Positions 11,331 to 22,219 of a stretch of 59,374 bases of DNA are shown here, piece by piece. The stretch's first letter is position 1; the number at the start of each line of letters is the position of its first letter. Origin of the DNA: Chiloscyllium plagiosum (taxonomy: Eukaryota); NCBI RefSeq assembly GCF_004010195.1, contig NC_057749.1, forward strand, positions 20,208,747 to 20,268,120, given 5' to 3'. Both the position numbers and the translations under genes were made by a program. Below the pieces are notes generated by a model. The model did not search any database. It had not been told where the DNA came from and worked only from the letters and a program-made list of their open reading frames with translations.

Positions 11331-13149
11331 TTACCCTATTACTATACATGTGCTTGCTTTCTCAGCTTTGTTAAATAATTGGGAAATGAATTGCTGAGAA
11401 ATTGATCATTCCCTTATTGTGACATGTCTGCTGGTATTCCTAACTTCTGCATCTTGTTGTGATGACATACAGCATTGTGCAGAAAGTCATACACGTATGG
11501 AGCACAGAAAAAAATCCCCTTCAGCAGATTAAGTCTGTGCTTGTCAAAAACATTCACTTGATTATTCTAATCCCATTTTCCAAGCTGTTTGGGCCCATAG
11601 CTTTGGGATTGCATTTGCACATCTAAATACTAAAACGTTATGGAAACAATGGCAGCAGTACTCAAGCCTACAATCTTCTGATAACATCACGAGCTAGACC
11701 AGAGTCAGGCACCTTATCTGTTAGGTCGTGCACAAGATGGTCAGCCATCTGCAGGTTTTTCCCAAAAATATGCTTTTGACAACATGTGTAAAAATCTCCT
11801 TACTTAACAAAACCCTGACATCTCATCGAGTACAATACAGGTCAGCTTTCACTGCAATTTGTATGGTTTCATTTGCAAAATGCATTTACGCTTGATGTCA
11901 AGCATTCTTTGGTGTGTACAGGTGAAGGGATTTTAGAAGTTTTTGAGCCTCTTGGTGAAAAACAGGGAGTGTCTTAGTTGGGTGTCCTTAACCTTTTGAA
12001 TTTTAATGATATTTACCCAAACATTGGTGTGCCTCTCATTGCTCAGTGTTGAACATTGGGATGTGCCAGTCTGCAACACTCGATCACCAACTGCTCTTTG
12101 CATTGGAAGACTGGTGGTGGCCAGACCACAGTGTCTTCAGAGAGGTGATGGTTCTGCTGGTACAGTTTAGGTATACCTTAGTGTGCGTTCTTGGGAACAG
12201 CTGTGGAGCACAGAGTCCAATATATGGAGCTGCCTGGGATAAACCTCAGCCAAGATCACTCAACTGCCACTGGTAGTTTTCTTGCTCAGGCTTTCCTTGT
12301 CTTGCTTAGAGAGGGCTGGCTTTACTCTGACTTCCTCTGGATCCGTCACTTCAGTTCATGACATCATCTCTCTTTGGATTCAAGTTTCCTGGGGAGCTGA
12401 ATGAGTGTACAGTTCACTTCACCTTTTTAGTGATCTGTTTTTATGGGAAATGTATGACCCAAACTGCAGTTTTGATTTGATCATGCAATATGAATCATCT
12501 GGATGCCCTACTCTAGCCTACCTCCGCATGACCATTTCCTGTTTCTTTACCCCAGAGCATATTTGCTTCTTGGCTGGGCTTGTGCCCTGATCACTGAGGA
12601 TCTACCATGTGGGCTTTCTAGAATTTTGACTGATAGCCTTCCTAACAGTTAGTCCCAACCACTGCTCATCCATTAGCTCATTTTACTTCGCAGGCTCAAT
12701 AGAATTCCTGCTCCCATTTTTGTTCTCTTTGAGTCTGTCTTTTCATGTGGGAACTGCTCAGGTTCTGGTTGGACATTGGTGTCCAAAGGTGACTCGGGTC
12801 CTTGCAAAGTATAGATCCAAAATTAACATTTTATATGTTTCTTGGGTGTTGCCACAAGAAGTGACTCAGTAAGTCTGCCATTCTATTAAAAGATAGGAAT
12901 GGAAATAAGTCTTTTAATTTCCCTGCCTGATTCCATTGTTTCAACTTGTTTAAGGTCTGCCTAAGACTGATATTCCCTGATTCCTCTGTATGGGAAAGTG
13001 CTTTGTGATATATGTGCTGAATGACCTTGTTCTTTTGAAGGTCATGCTCTCTTATTATGGACTCTTGCAGCCATCTTTCAGCTATATTTTTAGTGGCCAC
13101 TATGAGTGATGGAACTTGGGAGATGTTACAGAGACAGGCACACTCATGC

Positions 13150-13515
13150 TCTTTATAGAGGTTTCTAAATTGGAAGGGTGACCTCATAGAGCTTTAAAGG
13201 GGCATGGATAGAGTGAATAGCCAAGGTTTTTTATTACCTTCAGGGTACAGGAGTCCAAAACTAGAGGGCATAGGTTTAAGGTGAGTGGGGAAAGACTTAA
13301 AAGGGACCAGGCAACTTTTTCAGAGGGTGGTGAGTGTATGGGATGAGCTGCCAGAAGGAGTGGTGGAGGCTGGTATAATTACGACACTATTAGGCAGGGA
13401 TTAGAGGAATATGGACCAAATTCTAGCAAATAGGACTAGATTAATTTAGGATATCTGGTCAGCATTTACAAGTTAGACTGAAGGGTCTGTTTCCGTGCTG
13501 TGCAACTCTGTGACT
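13150..13515 (+). mobile_element. CR1 LINE 3' end
   Basis: ggtgacctcatagag...actagagggcataggtttaaggtg...gaagggtctgtttccgtgctgtg. Confidence 0.85.
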
Positions 13516-14720
13516 CACTTGGGCTCTCATATTATGTCACTGTCTGAGATTGATCGGTGTCACTTCAGAGACTACCTCCATTTCAGTCCAAGGAATGTCA
13601 GCAACCTATTTTCACTCTCCATGTTTAGACTCCCGAGATTTTCCCTGTCCTGGCGCTGCATTAAGAATAATCAAGATTATCTTAGTTTGTTCTCGACTAT
13701 CCTGCTAAATCTTGATTTGGAGCTTTTCTTAGCTCTGCTTCAGATTCTCCATCTACCCTGCCCCCTCCACCCACACATCAACAAGCCCTGAATTAGCCAA
13801 ACCTAGATTCACTAACAATTTTGTGCATACTATTGTTGTGAGATCCCAGTTAATTTCATTTAGTTGCTCAAGGTAAAACATTATGTTCTGTTTAAGCTAC
13901 AAGAGGATATATCCTTTGTTCTTCTGTATTTTTTCAAAAGAAAAACAACCCTGAAATCCAATTCTTGTTGCTAGGTTATAAAGCAGCTCTCTTCTGACTT
14001 ATGATCAAATCAGTGCAGAAATCACTGACAACAACAGCGTTGTCTCTTTGCTATAATTTAAAATAGCTAAGGTTTAGATGTGAGGCACTTGTTACTGAAT
14101 TGCAGGCCAAGCTGTGTGAATTGGGGAAGATTGTTGTTTTTGAAGTTAATCTAGCTAGAGGTGCTTTAGTACAGGTATATGCTTGAATATTTGTAACTGC
14201 GATAGTGTGTTTAACCGATGGTTCCCACTCACTGGGATCTTTGTTGTGCTGTGTCATCAATGGTCAATGATTAGGAAGCAGACTAAATTGTATAAGGAGC
14301 AATGTATTGGCATACAACAAAATCACACTTGCCCCTTTTACTCTGTAGCCCAGTTCCCATTTTCTAATGTCAAGTACAAAGGCGGTGTTTGTTTTCAAAG
14401 TGTCTTGTTTCCATTGCACTTGTCCCGAGTGTCTGGGGTCATGAAATGAGATACTATGGTAACATCAGAGTCACAAGAGCACAATGGTACCATGCCCTGA
14501 ATGTTACAAAACCCTTGGCAGGATGCTTGCAACCCAGCATTTGGCAGAGTTGACAGACCATTAGTTCGACACACAACCATCTGTGTGATACAAGAAGAGC
14601 TGATCTACCAAGCTGTGGGCCACGTGCGCCGGTTTCTCCTGCTGTGCCGCTAGAACTGTTGTGATTGCTGTTTGTGGCAGAAAGCATTTTCTCCTTAAAA
14701 TACTCTAATTTTGTTTTCAG

Positions 14721-14929
14721 AGCTGAAAATGTGTTGCTGGAAAAGTGCAGCAGGTCAGGCAGCATCCAAGGAGCAGGAGAATCGACGTTTCGGGCATGAG
14801 CCTGAAGAAGGCTCATGCCCGAAACGTCGATTCTCCTGCTCCTTGGATGCTGCCTGACCTGCTGTGCTTTTCCAGCAACACATTTTCAGCTCTGATCTCC
14901 AGCATCTGCAGTCCTCACTTTCTCCTCGA
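14721..14929. mobile_element. Non-autonomous fold-back (palindromic) PLE derivative
   Basis: Inverted arms 14717-14803 and 14809-14895, both made of PLE 3'-end sequence. Exact 15-bp TSD taattttgttttcag at 14706-14720 and 14930-14944. Confidence 0.9.
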
Positions 14930-15034
14930 TAATTTTGTTTTCAGCTTTGTAGATGGAAAAGTAATCTACTGCTGAAACTTTGGAATAACTGATACGGTGC
15001 AGATAAATAGATGCAAAATATATTCACGTCACCC

Positions 15035-15995
15035 ATGACTCAGTTGCCTCTGAGTCAGAAATTGGAGGAATTATCTTATGAGGAAATGTTGGACTGGTTG
15101 GACCTGTGTCCATTTTGAGGAGTGACATCATTAAAACAGCTAGGATTCTGAGGGAGGTTGACAGGGCGGATCCTGAAAAAATATTTCCTCCCTGTCGTAG
15201 AGACTAGAGCATGGGGACTCAGTTTAAAATTCAGGGGTCTTCCATTTATGATGGACATGAAGAGAGTTCTCTGAGGGTTGTTGGAATTTTCTTCTCTAGA
15301 GAGTAGTGGAAGCTGGGTCATTGAATATTTTAAGGCTGGGTTAGATTCTTGATCAATGTATTCTAGGAATTATGAGGTGGGAGGCAGATAAAGTGGAGCT
15401 GAAATCATAATCAAAATAGCCATGATCTTGTCATAAGCTCAGTGGACTAAATGGCCTACTCCTCCTAATCCACGTGCTGGTATGTATACATGTAAAGGCT
15501 GAGAGTTCAAGTGCAGCTCCCGAGACTCGAGCACAACCTAAACTGACTCTCCAGTGCAATACTGAGAGCCCACTGTACAGCTGGAAGTACTGACGTTTTG
15601 GTCAGATGATAATCTGACTGACTCCTGCCTTGGGTGGATTAAAATATCCCATTGCACAATTCTGAGGAAGAGCTGAGGAATTATTCTGCGTGTCCTGGCT
15701 AATATTTACCCAACAATCACCTTCAGGAAAACATTCTGATAATTATCATATTGCTGTTTGTAGAATTCCCTCATTCCTGATGAAGGGCTTATGTCTGAAA
15801 TGTCGATTCTCCTGCTCCTCGGATGCTGCACCACATTCTCGACTCTGATCTCCAGCATCTGCAGTCCTCACTTTCTCCTGTTTGTTGAAGTTGTCAAGTT
15901 TCATGTATTACAAAAAGTGACTACACTAAACTTCATTAGATTGCACACTGTGGGATGGCCTGAGGTTACGAAAGGCACTATCTAACGCAAATTCT
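15035..15995 (+). mobile_element. SacSINE1/DeuSINE-like SINE interrupted by a CR1 3' end (~15061-15490) and a PLE end (15766-15877)
   Basis: Head gcctctgagtcagaa, then ...gagttcaagt...ctgactctccagtgcaatactgag...ggtggattaaaatatccc...gtcctggctaatatttaccc...cctgaggttacgaaaggcactat. Collinear with the minus copy at 48053-48473. Confidence 0.75.
15766..15877 (+). mobile_element. Short PLE 3' end with decayed hammerhead core
   Basis: cctgatgaagggcttatgtctgaaatgtcga; TSD ctgtttgt(a/t)gaa at 15754-15765 and 15878-15889. Confidence 0.8.
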
Positions 15996-16211
15996 CTTTT
16001 TTTCTTTCATCTATATTTTGGTTGGAGGGATTTGTGACTCCAGCTGTTGGCCATGGTGGGTATGGTATGAGTGGCAGTGGAATGAAGGAATGGGGGCACT
16101 GCATGAAGTTAATGTTCAACACTGCATTTTTGTAGTGATTTGTATGTTCAGGATATAGTGAAGATTTGTGTTTCACAGTCAATGAATTTGAAGCAGTTAC
16201 TGTTGTACAAG

Positions 16212-16905
16212 GTCAAGAGTGTGGCGTTGGAAAAGCACAGCCAGTCAGGCACCATCCGAGAGGCAAGAGAATCAACGTTTCGGGCATAAGCCTTTCATCG
16301 AGAATGAGGTTTGTGGGACGGGGTCTAAGAGAGGAATGTGAGGGGATTGGGGCTGGGAGGAAGGGAGCTGAGAATGTGGTAGGTAGATGAAGGTGGGTGT
16401 GAATGATAGGTCAGAGAGGAGGGTGGAACAGATAGGTGGGAAAGAAGATGGACAGGTCAAGAGGGTGGTGCCAAATTGGAAGGTTGGATCTGGAATAAAG
16501 TGGGGGGAGGGGAATTGAGGAAATTGGTGAAATTCGCATTGAAACCATGTGGTTGGAGGGTCCCAAAGTGGAAGATGAGGCGTTCTTCCTCCAGATGGCG
16601 GGTGGTGAGGGTTTGGCAATAGATGACGCCCAGGACCTGCATGCCCTTGGGGAGTGTGAAGGGAAGTTAGAGTGTTTGGTCATGGGGCAATGGGGTTGCT
16701 TTGACATGTCCCAGAGATGTTCTCTGAAGCGTTCCGCAAGTAGGTGTCCGTCTCCCCAATGTAGAGGAGACCACATTGGGAGCAACGGTTACAGTAAATG
16801 ACGTGTGTGGAAGTGCAGGTAAATCTCTGATGGATGTGGAAGGCTCCTTTGGGACCTTGGATGGAGGTATGGGGGAAGGTGTGGGCGCAGGTTTGGCACT
16901 TGCTG
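16212..16905 (-). mobile_element. Penelope-like element 3' fragment (GIY-YIG C-terminal region plus pLTR)
   Basis: Minus ORFs LLAERFREHLWD and RHLEEERLIFHFGTLQPHGFN; reverse complement of the pLTR seen at 1-346. Confidence 0.9.
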
Positions 16906-18802
16906 TGAACTCTGACGGATATGGACGCTATTGTGCAAGAATAAGGGTCAGCCTATATTCACAGGGCAGAATCTTTTGATCATAAATAGTGATTGATCAA
17001 TTAATTTTGTACTTCATGGAGGGTAAGACTTGGCCTGGACAACTCTTGTGGCATTGTGATAGTGTTCCCACCTCTGAACTAGAAGGTCTGGCTTCAATTA
17101 CCCCTGAAGGTGTACCGTAGCGTGTCTAAAGATGTTGATTAAAATAACTACTAAGGGGACTAAATGCTACTTATTGGGGCGTTGGATTTTAATGCCTATC
17201 TTAGTTAATGAAGTGTAGTGCAGTAACTTTTATAACACATGAAATTTGATAGCTAGTTTGCACATAGCAAGCTTCTACAAACAGCAATGTGATAATTGAA
17301 TGTCTCAGCTGAAAGGCAACAGCTTAACAATGCAGCATTCTGTCAAGACCGGACAGAAGTAGTGATGGGCTCCCACTGAAAGGGGCATTTTTGTTTAGTC
17401 GTTTAAAGTATTTTGATATATCAGAGCCTTGAAGATGTAATCATCTTCTAGTCGTCACATTTGAGGAAGAAAAACTGGAACCAGGAAAGGTATGGGGTTG
17501 GAGCACACTCTGAGTAAAAGGGACTGTTTAGACTTCAAAGCAGTAATTTGCTATTTGTTCATTGAATTTATTGAGAATTGCCTTGGTGTGGTTAAAGTTT
17601 TCATGATGTTTATTAGGTGATGTACACTGTAATGTAGCTTCTCCCAAAATTAAGGGTTGTGATACCATGTGGGGTGGCAAACTGAACTTTTGATTCCACG
17701 AGCTCTGAGGCAGCAGTACCCAACTCACCGTCTCCCATTTCCCATCGCATTGGGGTAACCCTCCCACCTCGTCCTCCGTTCTCATCGAGACTCATGACAA
17801 TTTTGAAACCTCACTGGCATCACAGTGGTCAAACATCGGTTCTAATAGCTGGTTGTAATTTGGGGCATTTGCTGTGGTTCTGCACAATCTTGATGTTGGT
17901 CTGGCATCTGCTGAAACTTACGAATGGGTGTTCCTTCAGCCAGGTGCCTGAACAATGCAGTGATGATGCTGTCGACTACAGGGTAGAAACTGGGGACACA
18001 TTTTCGGCAGTTGTTTGAATTGCATTTTTATGATTATTTTGGCAGACTTGGCCAGTTGCTAGAATAGTTCAATCCTGTGTATATAGAAAAGATGGGAGAA
18101 ACCTGGGCGATTTTGGAAATGTACACAAAAAGCCCATTTGATTGAATAAGGCCTTCCTTTAGAAGGATACATTGACATTGTCGGATAATTTGGGTGAGAG
18201 GAGACTTGTATGAGGCAGAAGTCAATCAGTCTGAATGTCCTGTTTCCGAACTGTGCACTCTTTGTGGTTGATCTCCATCCCTTTCTCTTGCTAATTTCTT
18301 CAAGTATCCCTTTTGTTTCGAAAAATTCATTTCACCGCTTCTGCTTTCGGGTGCGTTTCTGATCTGTGGGTAAGAGCAAGCTCAGTCATTCATTTGTCCT
18401 GCTAACCAGGGAGGAACCGAGGAGATATTATCTTTAAAACCCTGCGACCTTGCAAAGGAATGAGATCACTGAGAAAAATATACTGAAGAAAACACAGTAC
18501 CAGAAAGAAGTTGGGAACGTTCTTCATTTTGGAGAACATAATATACCAAGTGCGAAAGTGAATTTGACTTAGATTCAACCCATTGGTCTGTTTCTTCCCT
18601 CTCAGCGTTCCAATGGTTGTTAATGGTAATGACCACTGTCTTTGGAATGCATTCTTCAAATTTCCATGGCCTTGAATTGGTTCAGCAATAAGAATAATTG
18701 GTCAGAGTGTTCTATACGTGGTGTTCACTCGACTTGTTCTGTTTCATTGTCAATGATTCCAAACCAATGATTTGATGACTGATTTGATGTTGGCATTGTG
18801 AT

Positions 18803-19112
18803 AAGCCCTTTGACCCAACAAGTCCACACCGACCCTCCAAAGAGTAACCCATCCAAATTCATTCTCCTACCCTATATTTACTCCTGACTTCTGCACCTAA
18901 CCTACACATCCCTGAACACTATGGGCAATTTAGTATGGCCAGTTCACCTAACCTGCACATCATTGGACTGTGGGAGGAAACTGGAGCCCCCAGAGGAAAC
19001 CCACGCAGACACTGGGAGAATGTGGAAACTCCACACGGACAGTCACCGAGGCTGGAATCGAACCCGGGTCACTGACGCTGTGAGGCAGCAATGCTAACCA
19101 CTGAGCCGCCAC
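18803..19112 (-). mobile_element. HE1-type V-SINE
   Basis: Reverse complement of the A/B boxes and V-domain. Confidence 0.85.
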
Positions 19113-19439
19113 AGACTAGAAATGTTGCAGGACTAGAAATCCAATGGCCCAGGCTAATGCGCTGGAGGGAATTTAAATTCAATCCACTCAATCAAAGCTA
19201 GCTTCACTCATAATCACAGAAGCTAGCTGTCATAAAATCTCATGTAGTTCAGTGGACTTGAGAGAGGGAAATCTGCGCTCCTTATCCGATATGGCCTACA
19301 TCTAACTCAGTACCGCATTGCTAAGGGTCTATTCTCACTGCCCTCTGAAATGGGCAAGTAAGTTACTCAGCTGTATCAAACCACTGAAAATGTATTTTCA
19401 TGTTGTCCCTGCTAAGATTGTACTAAAAATGGGAGAGCT

Positions 19440-20270
19440 GTCCCATACATTAGGGAGGGATTTCCAGGATCCTGATCCAGCGACAGTGATGAAATGATGA
19501 TATGGCTGTAAGTTAGGATGGCATGTGGTGGGATCTTGTCGGTGGTGGTGTTGCTAGGCATTTGCTGACTTTGTCCGAGGTGCTAGAGATTGAGAGTTTT
19601 GGCGGTGCTGTTGAAGGAGCTTTACCCATTGCTGTCGCTGTGGTGGACGGAGTGATTGGCACCATACCCTCAAACAATCAAGTGGCTGCTTTGTTCTAGT
19701 TGGTGATGAGCTTCTTGTGTGTTTGGAGCTGTGTTCATCCAGGCAAGTGCCACAATCTTGACTTGTGCCTTGTAGATGGTGAACAGGCTTGAGACATCGA
19801 GGTGAGTAACACGCTGCAGGATTCCTAGCCAATGGCTTGCTCTTGTAGTCACAGAGTTTACGTGGCTGGGACAGTTCAATTTCTTTTTTGTGGGAACCCC
19901 TAGGATGTTGATAGTGGGGGATTCAGTTGTGAGAGATAATGGTCAGATTCAGTCTGGTTGGAGCTGGTCTTCCCTGGCACTTGTGTGGCATGGATGTTAC
20001 TTGCCACTTAACAGCTTTAGCGTGAATGTTGTTCATGTCTTGCTGCATTTTGATATGGATTGTTTCATAATCTGAGGATTTGTGAATTCTGCTGAACATT
20101 ATGCAATCAGTGAACATCCCCACTTCTGACCTGATGATGGTGAGAAAGGTATTCATTTAGTCGTTGAGAATGATTGGGCTGAAGATTTTTTCCTAAGGAA
20201 CTCATGTCAAGATATCTTAAGATTGAGATAACTGACCTCCAGTAACCTCAACCATTTTATTTAATATTAG
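19440..20270 (-). mobile_element. Second, divergent CR1-like LINE family, RT C-terminal region, decayed
   Basis: Minus ORFs IIRSEVGMFTDC...MQQDMNNIHAKAVKWQVT...KCQ and LGILQRVTHL...LFTIYKAQV. Related pieces lie at 20300-20370, 20920-21140, 55955-56290 and 58690-58930. Confidence 0.75.
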
Positions 20271-20389
20271 AAATTAGTCCAGCTGATGCCTTTTGACATT
20301 GCCATCACTAAATCTCCCACTATCAACATTCCAGGAATTACCATTGAACAGAAGCTGAACTGGACCGACAGAGTTTTCATTTAATTCCA

Positions 20390-20675
20390 ATTAGAGTCAG
20401 AGATGTATAGCACAGAAATGGACACTTTGGCCCAACTTTTTTTCTCCCTGGAGCTTAGGATGCTAAATAGTGACCTTAGAGGTTTATTAAGTCGCGAGAG
20501 GCATAGATAACATGCATCGCCAAGGTCGTTTCCCCAGGTTAGGGGAGTCCAAATGTAGAGGGCGTACGGTAGTTTTAAGGTGAGAGAGCAAAGATTTAAA
20601 AGGGACCTGAGGGGCAACCTTTTCACACAGGGTAGTGCGTATATGGGATGAGCTGCCAGGGGAAGTGGTAGACTG
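20390..20675. mobile_element. CR1 3' end with an inverted terminal segment
   Basis: Minus tail (agagtcagagatgtatagcacagaaa) abuts a plus-strand CR1 3' segment (gtgaccttagaggttt...aaagggacctgaggggcaacc). Confidence 0.7.
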
Positions 20676-21142
20676 TTGACTGCAGTTTTGCTAGAGTTCC
20701 TTGATGCCACACTTGTTCAAATGCTGCCTTGATAACAGGTGGTCATTCTCACCTTACCTCAATTTTTGGCCATGACCATCAAGACAAAAGACTAATCCTG
20801 GTTTAACCATAAAGGCAGCAGGAAACGTTATTTTAAAATCTAATGTCAATCTGGTGAAACTGTGACCCAGGACTACATGCGTGCCAAACATCACAAGCAG
20901 CATGCTGTAGGCAGAGCTAAGTGACCCTATAGTGTGTACCATCTGGAGAATGCAATGTAGTCGTTTGGCAAGATTGCTTTGACAATATCTTCTTGACCTT
21001 TGAGCCAGAGCATCGAGAATACAGACACATGGAAACACAACCATCTGTAAGTGTTCTTCCATCTCTCTCTCGCTCTCTCGCTCTCTCTCTCTCTCACAAC
21101 ATCTGATTTGGAACTATATCACCGTTCCTTCACTGCCACTTT

Positions 21143-21460
21143 GCGGCGGCAAGGTGGCTCAGTGGTTAGCACTGCTGCCTCACAGCACCAGGGTTCCAGG
21201 TTCGATTCCAGGTTCGATTCCAGCCTCGGGCGACTGTCTGTGTGGAGTTTGCACATTCTCCCCATGTCTGCGTGGGTTTTCTCCGGGTGCTCCGATTTCC
21301 TCCCACAGTCCAAAGTCGTGCAGGTCAGGTGAATTGGCCATGCTAAATTGCCCATAGTGTTAGGTGCATTAGTTAGAGGGAAATGGGTCTGGGTGGGTTA
21401 CTGTTCGGAGGGTCAGTGTGGGGCCTTTTTCTACACTGGAAGGCATCTAATCTGATCTAA
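21143..21460 (+). mobile_element. HE1-type V-SINE with duplicated B box
   Basis: Full head, V-domain and ctaatc tail. Confidence 0.85.
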
Positions 21461-21916
21461 AAAATCCTGGGGATTTTTAGGCCAGTGGATATTGACTGCA
21501 GTCGTTATGTGATCCACTAGTCTGTTGTAAACTATAAAATTCAAATTAGCCTCCATAATTCCCAAGCAACAGCTTTGTGATCCTGTACTCCAGCAAATAA
21601 TGGTAGTTCTTTCTTTGTTCGTGATGTGGGCCTTTCTGACAAGATCAGCATTCCTTGCCCATCCCTAATTTCCCTTGAGAGGTTGCTGGCAAGCCACTTG
21701 TACCACTGTAAATCCCTTGTAATTAAAGCAAGCCACCTATGTTCTGAAGCATGACTTTGAAAAACACTTTATGCAATCCTTTCCTTAGCCAGTGAAGGCT
21801 GTTTTTATTTCATACTGAGGGCATGTGGTGGGTATAAAGTTTCCTGTAGTCTGCTGCTTTAGATTCACACAGAATCAAGTTTCTATCACAGAGAAAAACA
21901 ATGTGCTGGAGAAACC

Positions 21917-22205
21917 CTGGTTACTGAGCACAGAATGCTGCTGCCTCACAGCGCCAGGTACCTGTGTTCGATTCCAGCCTCGTGCCACTCAGTGTGGAGT
22001 TTGCACATTCTCCCCATGTCAGCATGGGTTTCCTCCGGTTTCCTCCCACAGTCCAAAGATGTGCAGGTTAGATGAATTGGTCATGCTAAATTGACCATAG
22101 AGTTAGGTGCATTAGTCAGGGGATTGGGTCTAGGTGGGTTACTGTTTGGAGGGTCAGTGTGAACTAGTTGGGCCAAAGGGCCTGTTTCCACACTGTAGGG
22201 ATTCT
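21917..22205 (+). mobile_element. HE1-type V-SINE with degenerate head
   Basis: ctgcctcacagcgccagg...tgtggagtttgcacattctcccc...cctgtttccacactgtaggg. Confidence 0.8.
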
Positions 22206-22219
22206 TTAAAAAAAAACGA

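Noticed and set aside
14454..14975. Two opposite-strand ORFs sharing the peptide AHARNVDSPAPWMLPDLL
   Set aside because: A direct consequence of the DNA palindrome, not a gene pair.
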